Assembly (NCBI GenBank): GCA_963666285.1
Contig: OY762711.1
Length of the DNA stretch: 64,000 nt
From: Sedimentisphaerales bacterium
Lineage (GTDB): Bacteria; Planctomycetota; Phycisphaerae; Sedimentisphaerales; SM23-30
Reading direction: 5' to 3' (one strand)
In this document: positions 29,410-38,506 of the stretch, piece after piece
Layout of the letters: each line of letters begins with the position of its first letter
Position numbering within the stretch: position 1 is the stretch's first letter
The notes under the pieces: model-generated
Databases searched by the model: none
Told to the model about the DNA's origin: nothing
What the model saw: the letters and a program-made list of their open reading frames with translations, nothing else
Made by a program: the position numbers and the translations under genes

Positions 29410-32400
29410 CTAAAAAGTTGCGCTTACACTTAGTGAAAAATCCATACCTTTAGAATAAGAAGTCTTAACTCTTTCTTCACCAGTTATGTGGTTACGATAT
29501 ACTGTCTGTATATCAGGGTCAAGCAGGTTCTTAGCCTTAAAGCTTAACTTCCATGTGTCATTAAATTTATGCGACAAGGTAAAATTAAGTGTGTCATATT
29601 CTGTTTCATAAACATTAGGGATCAAATTACCTTCATTTTCTGCTGCACCTGCAACAAGAGTATCACCTCTAACTGTATAGAAAAGACCACATTTAGTTGC
29701 TTTATTGGGAAAATCATATGTCATAAAGATATTATATAAATGCTCAGGAGCATGACTCATATCTCTGCTATCCATTGAAACACTATCAAATTGTTCAGAC
29801 TTTGATATAGATACCTCTGAATCAATAATAGTGGCGTTTGCCCCTAAACCTATGCCGTCAAAAGACTTCAAAAGAATGCCTAGATCCTGGCGAAATTCAA
29901 ATTCAAATCCAGTTAATATACCATCCGGGTAATTAGTTGCAGTGGTATAACTATAATCACCAACTCGCTGCACATATTCTATTGGATCTTTGACATCTTT
30001 ATAAAAATAGCTCAAAGACAATAAACCCTTGTCAAACGGCGTATAATCAAAACGAATGTCATAATTTTTAATTTGGCTCATTCTTAGTTCTGGATTACCT
30101 ACAAACAAATCTGCACCAAGATATTCCTGCTGCTCAATTGGAGCTAATTCCTTGAATGTCTGCCTGGCCAATGTTTCACTATAGGCCGTTCTGATAGCAA
30201 ATCTATCTATCGGCTTAAATACAAAGCTCAATGAAGGAAGCACGTCATCCTGGCTATAATCTACATCTGCATCACCAGGATTTAATTCAGCCGGATATGT
30301 CTGCCCCGGAGGCAGCCATGTAACCTTACCTTGTTTGAATGTCTCTCCTGATTCCGGCTCGGCATCAGGAAAATTTACTATTGACAATTCAGTTGACTCA
30401 AATCTGGCACCACCAATAACACTTATCTTTGATGTAATTGGGAAATCTGCCATCGCATAATATGCCTGAATATCTTGTTTTCCGTCGTAATCAACATCAA
30501 TTGCCGCTTCAATCAGAGGGTGATCTTCTCCCGGAAAAGAGTCTGACCAGTAATCTTCCCAGCTTCCTTCATATGTAGGATTATAACTGCTCCCTATAGG
30601 ACGGAAATTACTGTATGAATCCTGGTTATAATCACGATCTACTTTATCATAAAAATATCCAAACTTTAGATAACCATCACTTTCTGACCATCTCTTAAAT
30701 GGAAACTTCATATTTAACGATAATTGATCTGATTCTTCACTCACAGATCTCCATACACGCTGTAGATTACCAAGATTAATATTTTCAGCTGATTTATATT
30801 GTTCATAATATGATGGAATAATAGCTTCATCTATATATGGAGGCATTGCTTCCTGATACTGATCACCATGCCAGACAACGCCAAACATACGTTTGTCAGG
30901 TTGATCCATTTCAGCAGTATTATGTGACAATGTCCAATCTAATTTCGGCTCCTCAAATTCAAGAAAATCTCCAAAAGCAAAATCTGATTCTGAAAATGTA
31001 TGTTCACCTCTAAGATGTATAGTATGAGTAGTCCTTTCAGTATATTCCAAAGTTTGTGTTCTTATATATGGAGCGGCATCAGTAGAATCTGGCAAATTGC
31101 CCGGACTATAAGGATTATTGGGATTATATCCCGGAAAATAATAACTTTTTCCACGTGTATCTTCAGCTAGAACTGCTTTGTCTTCAGCTGCCCTGGTATA
31201 CATATTGACTAAAGTAAATTTATGATTTTCAGTCTCTAAACCAAGAATTCCAAGCGCTCCCCACTTTACCTCTTCTGACGCTTTATTTACATCAAATAGT
31301 TTTGTAAAAAATCTTTTACCTTCAGGGCTATCTCCTGGTGTATCCTCTCCACTATATTGCGGAGACATTGTATTTTCGCCTTCCAGTACCCAGTATTTAT
31401 CATCAATACCGTCATTATAGAAAGAACTGTCTTTTTCGTAATAAAAGCTACCAAAAGCACCTATGGTAACTTCATCATTCAGTAATTTTTTTCCACCACC
31501 AGAAACAGACCATTTATAGTCTAAGGGGACATCTGTTACTGATACACCTACAGCATCACCATCACCCTGGTATGGATCATCTACATCCCTACTGCCAAAT
31601 GTACTCACCCCTCCACCACGATAAGACAGAAAGTCACTGCCATAAACATTAGTATTAATCCCAGAGCCGGCACTGAAATTAATAACTGTTTCATCTGGAA
31701 TGCCTTTAAGAACAACATTTACTGCACCGCCAGACGCATCTCCCTGCTGGTCAGGAGTAAAAGTTTTACTTACCTGAATGCTCTCAATTACAGCAGCTGG
31801 AAACTGATCTAATTGAACCGCACGTTTATTAGCATCTGCAGTAGGAAGCCTTATGCCGTTCATCTGCGAATTAACATATCTATCTGGCAAACCTCGAACT
31901 ACAGCATATTTTCCATCCTGTACTGTAGTACCTGCAACTAATTTCAAAGCGTCTGTAGCATCTGAAACTCCAGCCATTTTCATTAATTCAGAACCGACAG
32001 AATCCATTAATGCCGGAGCATCAAATCTAAGCTCAAGTAATGCTGCTTCAGAACCTCCGCCAAGTTGTATGTCCTGTACAACAAACTCTTCCATATCTGT
32101 GTAATCACCTTCTAACCATATATCGACATCAGTCATTTGGCCAGAATTAACTATAATATCTGCTTTAACTTGACGAATATATCCATTTTTTGTATAGACT
32201 AATGTATAATTCCCAGGCGGCATATCAGATACCAGATAATTTCCTTCTGAAGAAGTCAAAACAGTTTCAGACGTTTCGGCGATTGTCACCTTTGCTTCTA
32301 ATAAAGGGGCATCGAAATCCTTGTCATAAACTACCCCACGAATACTACCATTTGGAGCAGAAAATGCAACATTTATGCCAAAAAGCAAGACTATCAGATG

Positions 32401-32433
32401 CACCATAATAGTAAATCTAATATTATTTATCAT
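29410..32433 (-). CDS. TonB-dependent receptor with N-terminal carboxypeptidase-regulatory-like domain
   Basis: Signal peptide; plug VRGLPDRYVNSQMNG...LDQFPAAVIESIQVSKTFTPD; GNPELR; KNLLD; terminal Phe. Confidence 0.93.
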   Translation of the reverse strand: MINNIRFTIMVHLIVLLFGINVAFSAPNGSIRGVVYDKDFDAPLLEAKVTIAETSETVLTSSEGNYLVSDMPPGNYTLVYTKNGYIRQVKADIIVNSGQMTDVDIWLEGDYTDMEEFVVQDIQLGGGSEAALLELRFDAPALMDSVGSELMKMAGVSDATDALKLVAGTTVQDGKYAVVRGLPDRYVNSQMNGIRLPTADANKRAVQLDQFPAAVIESIQVSKTFTPDQQGDASGGAVNVVLKGIPDETVINFSAGSGINTNVYGSDFLSYRGGGVSTFGSRDVDDPYQGDGDAVGVSVTDVPLDYKWSVSGGGKKLLNDEVTIGAFGSFYYEKDSSFYNDGIDDKYWVLEGENTMSPQYSGEDTPGDSPEGKRFFTKLFDVNKASEEVKWGALGILGLETENHKFTLVNMYTRAAEDKAVLAEDTRGKSYYFPGYNPNNPYSPGNLPDSTDAAPYIRTQTLEYTERTTHTIHLRGEHTFSESDFAFGDFLEFEEPKLDWTLSHNTAEMDQPDKRMFGVVWHGDQYQEAMPPYIDEAIIPSYYEQYKSAENINLGNLQRVWRSVSEESDQLSLNMKFPFKRWSESDGYLKFGYFYDKVDRDYNQDSYSNFRPIGSSYNPTYEGSWEDYWSDSFPGEDHPLIEAAIDVDYDGKQDIQAYYAMADFPITSKISVIGGARFESTELSIVNFPDAEPESGETFKQGKVTWLPPGQTYPAELNPGDADVDYSQDDVLPSLSFVFKPIDRFAIRTAYSETLARQTFKELAPIEQQEYLGADLFVGNPELRMSQIKNYDIRFDYTPFDKGLLSLSYFYKDVKDPIEYVQRVGDYSYTTATNYPDGILTGFEFEFRQDLGILLKSFDGIGLGANATIIDSEVSISKSEQFDSVSMDSRDMSHAPEHLYNIFMTYDFPNKATKCGLFYTVRGDTLVAGAAENEGNLIPNVYETEYDTLNFTLSHKFNDTWKLSFKAKNLLDPDIQTVYRNHITGEERVKTSYSKGMDFSLSVSATF

Positions 32434-33641
32434 TATTTAGTCAAATCCTTGTAAATCTTTTTGATCGTATCCATTAATTGTTCATCAGGTTTAATCCCAT
32501 TCGATGCTAGTGAACAACATATAGAAGTAAGATCGGCTGCCTGAGGGCGTTTATTGGGGTTTATCACAGCATGTTTTAACGCTAACTTATATATCATTAA
32601 AGATGTTTCAAGATCATTAGCGGTATAATAGGACTCAGCCAGAATTCTAAGAGGTCTCCCTCGGAACATAGCTCCAATTTTCTCTCCCTCAGCCATAAAA
32701 AGGTTATACGAAACTTTCAATTCTGCTATAGCCTTTTCTTTAGAACCAGCCCTAAAACGTAAAGCGGCAAGTTTGGCAGAAAGACTTATCTTATCTTCCA
32801 ATCTCCATTGAAAATCCGGAGTATATACAATGTCACTTATCTGATTGATATACTTTACAGCTGTTTCTATATCATTTTGCTGCAAAAATATATTGCATAA
32901 TTCGACCAATGAATTGAAACTGTATATATATGGCAAATACTTCATTAGCCCGGTAATTTTATCTTCCAGGATTATTCTCTCACGTTGTGATTCATAAAAA
33001 TGTTCATACATGTTTACTAAAGCTTCTTTGGAATGTATGAGGGGATAGAATTCCTGAGAAGAAATATATTTGTCAATACTGGAAATTGCTTTATCAAATA
33101 CTACTGCATCACCGGATAAAGCTTCTATTGAATTAACTTTGACAATATGGGATTCTTTATCCAAATCATTTATATAATCATATGCAATATCAAATTCATT
33201 AAGAAATGCATATGCTTTGGCTATAGCGATACGAATTTCATCATTTCGCCATTCCTGATCTTTATCATACAACTCTTTAGCAGATTCAATATAATTCTGT
33301 GCTAATTCAGATTTTCCCATTTTAGAGTAATACAGAGCAATCTCAGCATAACACTTACTACGCCGCCAATTTTCGATTTGCCCGGTATATTCTGATGCAC
33401 GTTTTAACAGGCCGAGTTCAATACAGGCCATAACAACTTGTTCCTGATTTCTGGATTTCTCCTTTATGAAAGGATTTGAAGGCAGGACACTTGCAGATTT
33501 AAATGCAATTTCTAATAAATCAACTTGATAATCTTCAATTACAGGCTGATTTTCAGCTTTTGACGGTACCTGACATCCAAAAATACAACAGCAAAGTGCA
33601 AGTATAAATATTAATCGAACACACCAATTACTTATATACAT
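32433..33641 (-). CDS. TPR-like helical lipoprotein
   Basis: Likely start MYISNW at 33641 (AGGA upstream); lipobox-like CIFGC; stop overlaps the receptor ATG (TAATG). Track start is 33719. Confidence 0.7.
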   Translation of the reverse strand: MYISNWCVRLIFILALCCCIFGCQVPSKAENQPVIEDYQVDLLEIAFKSASVLPSNPFIKEKSRNQEQVVMACIELGLLKRASEYTGQIENWRRSKCYAEIALYYSKMGKSELAQNYIESAKELYDKDQEWRNDEIRIAIAKAYAFLNEFDIAYDYINDLDKESHIVKVNSIEALSGDAVVFDKAISSIDKYISSQEFYPLIHSKEALVNMYEHFYESQRERIILEDKITGLMKYLPYIYSFNSLVELCNIFLQQNDIETAVKYINQISDIVYTPDFQWRLEDKISLSAKLAALRFRAGSKEKAIAELKVSYNLFMAEGEKIGAMFRGRPLRILAESYYTANDLETSLMIYKLALKHAVINPNKRPQAADLTSICCSLASNGIKPDEQLMDTIKKIYKDLTK

Positions 33642-33727
33642 AACCAAATCCTGTAGAGAAAGAATCTGGTGACAAAGAAAACCTTTGCCACCAGAATATA
33701 ACTTAAAATATACAACCACAAACTAAA

Positions 33728-35251
33728 TTAGTCTAACCAGCTTGCAGCCAGTTCAGAGAAATCTGACAGGTCAACGTTACCATCACCGTCAATGTCAGCT
33801 GAACCAACAACTCCTGTCATTCCATATTTATAAGCTGCTGTCCAACCAATTAACCAGTTATGATTCGGTGCGAAACCACCGCGGAAGTTAGAACCGGCTG
33901 GAGAAAGTGGAGATGAAAGTGACTCACCTGCAGTAAGAGCATCATTTGCCGGACATGGATCTAGAAAAGTAACCTGAACCATACCTTTGCCACCTCTAAC
34001 TACTGCATCAGCACGTTTAATAGACTTGATCGGGCTCGCTGATGCACGGATATTATTATTTGATGCATTGAAAACACCAACTTCTGAATATTTATCGCCA
34101 CTGTCACTTAGATCATCATAAACTACACTACTCTTGATATAACAATCGCCATCTGCCCAACGGTCAGCCCAAGACTTAGTTCCCATATATCCGTACCCTT
34201 GTGCGCCGTCACCATCTTTATCATCAAACCGTACAAGTTCTTCACCAATATCCATAAATACACAGTTATGGTATTTAACATTTGCATTATCACGCCATGT
34301 TGTAGCACCATCACCCGCTATTGGCTGACCAATCACAGTAAAATTAGCAATTTTTGCATCAGTTGATGGAGTTGCATTTGAGTTTTCTGCACCATCGATT
34401 TCAATACAGTTGTCACCTACACCTGAACCCTGGCTGGCATCTGTGCTGTAACCCTGCACAATCAGACCATACTGAGCTGAACCTCTCCAACCCTGGTCTG
34501 CGTCAAGACTATCATCACCAATATTCCAGATGCTGACATATTTAAGATTAACTGTACCACCCCATATTTCGATACCATCATCAACGTTATTCATGATTTC
34601 AACGTGGTTTATATCTGTTTCACTACCTATAGCACCCAATGACAAACCATTTAGCTCATTAGCAAGACCAACTACGCGGCCGCCATAACGTATAGACAGA
34701 TAACTTATTGAACCACTATCATCCTGATCATCTTCACCACCGTACAGGTTTTTTGTATCTCCAGCAGGTACTGTCAAACCTTCCATTTGGGCCTGGGTGC
34801 CAGGTATTGAAGAGTTTACATCGGCATAGGCAGGAGTACCAGCACCAGGATCGGCATAAGCTATTACAGCTTTACCCATCAATGTAAGGTTACCCCATTC
34901 ATTACATCCTTCATGCCATGTATCAAGATTATCTGAGCTTGAAGTCATTATAACCGGATCATTTTCAGTTCCCTGTACAAAGATTTTAGCTCCACGGCAT
35001 ACAGCCAGGCTACCGGAACCATTAGCTGTTGTATCACTTTGAACCAGAGTGCCAGCTTCAATTGTCAGAGAAGCACCTTCAAGTACATAAATCTGTGTTG
35101 TCAGATTATATGTATTATCAGCAGTCCATACTGTATCAGTTTCAATGTTAGCAGAAACATTTACTTTAGCAGCGCTAACACCACCAGCCATAGCAGCAAG
35201 CATCATCAATGCAGCAATCATTTTTCTTTTCATCATCGTATTCCTTTTCAA
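33728..35251 (-). CDS. Secreted beta-helix protein (DDGIExxGG family partner of TonB receptors) with dockerin-like C-tail
   Basis: WTADNTYNL, LTIEAGT, GTENDPVIMTS, DDSGSISYLSIRYGG, DDGIEIWGGTVN, GDDSLDADQGW; tail ADIDGDGNVDLSDFSELAASWL. Confidence 0.85.
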   Translation of the reverse strand: MKRNTMMKRKMIAALMMLAAMAGGVSAAKVNVSANIETDTVWTADNTYNLTTQIYVLEGASLTIEAGTLVQSDTTANGSGSLAVCRGAKIFVQGTENDPVIMTSSSDNLDTWHEGCNEWGNLTLMGKAVIAYADPGAGTPAYADVNSSIPGTQAQMEGLTVPAGDTKNLYGGEDDQDDSGSISYLSIRYGGRVVGLANELNGLSLGAIGSETDINHVEIMNNVDDGIEIWGGTVNLKYVSIWNIGDDSLDADQGWRGSAQYGLIVQGYSTDASQGSGVGDNCIEIDGAENSNATPSTDAKIANFTVIGQPIAGDGATTWRDNANVKYHNCVFMDIGEELVRFDDKDGDGAQGYGYMGTKSWADRWADGDCYIKSSVVYDDLSDSGDKYSEVGVFNASNNNIRASASPIKSIKRADAVVRGGKGMVQVTFLDPCPANDALTAGESLSSPLSPAGSNFRGGFAPNHNWLIGWTAAYKYGMTGVVGSADIDGDGNVDLSDFSELAASWLD

Positions 35252-35316
35252 ATGAATTCTCTTTTTATATCAATTACAGACAACACATCTGCAATTACTA
35301 TATTGATTTTTGATAT

Positions 35317-35370
35317 ATTAAAAAGGAAAGAGGTTTACATTGGATTAAACATATATTAAATTTACATTAG
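35317..35370 (-). promoter_or_regulatory. Four 11-bp-periodic repeats (Pho-box-like) upstream of the TonB receptor operon
   Basis: Minus strand CTAATG-N5-TTAATA-N5-TTAATC-N5-TAAACC-N9-TTTAAT. Confidence 0.5.
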
Positions 35371-35793
35371 AATTGAAGGTGAAATTTGCCCAACCCAATA
35401 CGATAGGCCTACGCAAGAAGTCAAATAAATTGATAGGAATTTAACGGGTAAGATTTGGGATATACCCAAATTATAATTATTCAGCGAAGGTTTAGGAAAT
35501 TGTTGAACAGTATCAGGCTCATACCAACGACTTACGTTTGTCGAAGCTTTTCTTAGGTTACATTTCCCACAACTTATTACCAGATAAGAATATAGCAGTT
35601 ATAACAAAATATCAACTTAGCATTTCACGTACACAATTATAAATACTTACATTGATTCATCCAGACTATATATTATTTCATATCATACCAGATAAAATCA
35701 GCTGAACCGGACTGGAAAATAGATATTTCCAGCTTCAAATAACAGAGAAGAATCAACATACAGAAATTTTATTCTGAACTCCAAAAGAATTTT

Positions 35794-35983
35794 GCAACCG
35801 TTCACGGTAATTAATAAAAAAGTTAAAAATATTTCGATAATTTTCTGTTTAAACATTCAAAAGTTTGAATAATAGTCGTTTATGGATGCCAGAGACACTA
35901 TTATTGCAGAGCTTAGAGACCAAAATATAATCATGGCCAAGTATATATAACAACTCGAAGAACGAATTGCGCAGCTTGAAAAA
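35794..35983 (+). mobile_element. IS66-family (single-ORF type) left-end remnant
   Basis: GCAACCGTTCAC at 35794 resembles the IS66 terminal GTAACCGTTCAC. It is followed by MDARDTIIAELRDQNIIMAKYI*QLEERIAQLEK, a coiled-coil transposase-like N-terminus with an in-frame TAA at 35948. Confidence 0.55.
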
Positions 35984-36202
35984 GGCTGTGCTTTTGACCC
36001 TACCAAACATGAGGCTATGATGCATGTTGAGTCCGACGAAGTTGAAGCTAACCATGTTATCATGGAACTTTCAGCTGGATATGAAATGAACGAGCGGACA
36101 CTACGTCCGGCCAAAGTTTCAATAGCAAAAGCAGTTCAGGAAATAACCGAGCCGGAAAACAATGAAAGCGAAGACAGCCAGGAAGAAAATTCAGAGGAGT
36201 AA
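35984..36202 (+). pseudogene. grpE: 3' fragment of nucleotide exchange factor GrpE
   Basis: GCAFDPTKHEAMM...VIMELSAGYEMNERTLRPAKVSIAK is the GrpE C-terminal signature; the N-terminal part is absent. Confidence 0.85.
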
Positions 36203-36205
36203 AAA

Positions 36206-36511
36206 ATGCCGACATATGACTATAAATGTGACGCATGCGATTACACATTCGAAGAATTTCAGTCGATTACTTCTAAACCGCTAAAAAAATGTCCAGAATG
36301 CGGCAAATTGAAGTTAAAAAGGCTGATAGGTACCGGTGCCGGGTTAATCTTTAAAGGCAGCGGCTTTTACGAGACTGATTATCGCAGCGAAGGCTATAAA
36401 AAGGCCGCAAGTGCAGACAGTGAAAAAAACGGCAGCAAAAGCGACAGCAAGAATAAATCCGACAAGAAAACTGACTCCGACAAATCTGCCTCAAAAGACA
36501 AGAAGGTTTAA
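36206..36511 (+). CDS. FmdB-family zinc ribbon protein
   Basis: MPTYDYKCDAC...CPECG...FKGSGFYETDY. Confidence 0.92.
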   Translation: MPTYDYKCDACDYTFEEFQSITSKPLKKCPECGKLKLKRLIGTGAGLIFKGSGFYETDYRSEGYKKAASADSEKNGSKSDSKNKSDKKTDSDKSASKDKKV

Positions 36512-36513
36512 CA

Positions 36514-36714
36514 TTGGCAAATTCAGCAAGATTTAATTCTGATAAGTGCCCTATCTGCGGTAATAGCAATGTCGATAGCGGCGAACTAAAGCCATTCTGC
36601 AGTAAACGATGTCAGCAGGTTGATCTGGGGGTATGGTTTACTGAAGGATACTCCATTCCGGCAGTAGAAATTGATGAGGAAGATTTAGAATTTCCTGAAG
36701 AATATGACAATTAG
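36514..36714 (+). CDS. yacG: DNA gyrase inhibitor YacG
   Basis: CPICG...PFCSKRCQQVDLGVWFTEGYSIP. Confidence 0.9.
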   Translation: MANSARFNSDKCPICGNSNVDSGELKPFCSKRCQQVDLGVWFTEGYSIPAVEIDEEDLEFPEEYDN

Positions 36715-36761
36715 TATTAGAAATTTAAAAAGGCAGCTCCGAGTTTATGAAGAGGCCTCCC

Positions 36762-37622
36762 TCAGTCTTTATTGATTTTATGTCTAGCATGGCTCTCTTT
36801 CCATTTCACTACACTTCTCATTATAAACAAACCCACCAATACCCCTAATATCAAATCTAATAGGACTATATTAATTGTTACACCAACTTCACCAGGCGTA
36901 TAGATATTCATATTACTATAAGTAAAACCTCCCCATAATCCACATATACAGCCGGTAATATATAGAGTTTTCTTGCCTTTAATAATCAATATAACAAATG
37001 CTAAAACAAACAGTAATGGAAGAAATTTTCTAAGGTATTTTTCCATCATTTGCTTATTTTTATATTCTAAAAGTTTGTCCTTATAATTCTCTTTCAATTC
37101 ACTTGTCAAATATTTAATTGGAAACACCAATTCTCCATTTTGATTGACTTTTGTTATTTGTTGCACCTTAATAATTTCGTCATCATAAATTCGTACCAAA
37201 TATTTTGAAATATTATCACCAGTCATTTTCTCCAGTTTAGCATATGATGTTTCTTGCAAAGGAAAGCGAATAGTTTTGTTTCCATCTGCGTCTATTTCTT
37301 CAATGCCAAATCCTCTAAAATCACCTTTTTCATATATATCATAATCTTTTCGGTAAACTAATACTTGCAAATAGCCATTTTTGTATCGAGTGACAAAATT
37401 GCCGCTGTCAATAATATCACTTTCAATGTAAGGGTTTACATTAAACCAAATACCAGAAACTTTATAATTATCTAGTATAACATCAGACTGGCGACTCTTT
37501 GCTTTTTCTACAAAAATAGAATCCTCCCTGCTCACAGCTATATGAAACTCATTAAAATAAGGAGAAGCTATGCAATGGCAGCTTATAAATAGTAGAAAAA
37601 ATGTCGAGAGATTGTATTTCAT
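36762..37622 (-). CDS. Low-GC membrane protein with a SecDF head-like segment
   Basis: Signal peptide; YAKLEKMTGDNISKYLVRIYDDEII resembles the SecD P1 head subdomain; C-terminal TM helices. Confidence 0.55.
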   Translation of the reverse strand: MKYNLSTFFLLFISCHCIASPYFNEFHIAVSREDSIFVEKAKSRQSDVILDNYKVSGIWFNVNPYIESDIIDSGNFVTRYKNGYLQVLVYRKDYDIYEKGDFRGFGIEEIDADGNKTIRFPLQETSYAKLEKMTGDNISKYLVRIYDDEIIKVQQITKVNQNGELVFPIKYLTSELKENYKDKLLEYKNKQMMEKYLRKFLPLLFVLAFVILIIKGKKTLYITGCICGLWGGFTYSNMNIYTPGEVGVTINIVLLDLILGVLVGLFIMRSVVKWKESHARHKINKD

Positions 37623-37640
37623 CTATGCACCTGTAAATGT

Positions 37641-37900
37641 CTATTTACACTTATTACAATAATCTTTACATACTTTTTTAGGATCTTCATTCTCCTCTGA
37701 AACTTTACATGAATATGCGCCTAAATCATCAATAACTACTTGTCCGATTACATAACTCCGCCATTCTGTATCTGTAGGCAAATTACAACATTTAACCTTA
37801 CATTAATACATTTTTTTACATGGTATTATTATATTATCTGGATTCCATATTTTAGTAAAATAGTACTCATCTTACAGCCATCCTCCAAGCTATTAAATTT
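37641..37900 (-). pseudogene. Decayed Cys-rich C-terminal coding fragment
   Basis: WNPDNIIIPCKKMY*CKVKCCNLPTDTEWRSYVIGQVVIDDLGAYSCKVSEENEDPKKVCKDYCNKCK*, ending 18 bp before the next ATG. Confidence 0.4.
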
Positions 37901-38450
37901 CAAGGATTTATTTCCAAATAAAATGACATAAGTTACACTGTAATCGCTAAACAACAGCAGTAACTTATGCCGCCACTTAAACACAAATATACCATACTCA
38001 AACAAATTTGCCAACCTATTCCGGCTTTTCTTGTTCCAAAGTGTGTGACATTTATTTATGACATAGTTTAAGTGGCATATTTTCTTTGCTTTTCCCAGTG
38101 TATATCCCATAAATTGCTGCAATATACGCTTCCTAAAGCCATTACAGCTTCTGTGTTGTCCCCGCCCTATCTCTTTACCCGCCCCTTTCAGCCTCTTTGT
38201 AAGGCATCAGCAAAATGATTCTGTGTAACCAAAGCCAATATCATACACTTTAGAGAAAGCCGGAATTAAATTGACCTCTTGGAGAGTGATGGAACTAAAA
38301 CTATGTATGAATTACGTTTACGTTACCAAATGACCAGGCAATACACAGCAAACTACTCAAAATGGATCGCAAACAGCAGCAAATCTATGCCCTGTTTTGC
38401 TGATTGGGTGTCTCAATGTTGAATTCAGGAAATATATATTGTTATAAAAT

Positions 38451-38480
38451 AAAGGCAGCTCCAGAAGGAACTGCCTTTTT
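38451..38480. terminator. Intrinsic terminator after serA
   Basis: aaaggcagct-ccagaagg-aactgccttttt hairpin with A/T tails. Confidence 0.75.
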
Positions 38481-38506
38481 GCATTTGTTATTGTTTATAA
38501 TAGGAA

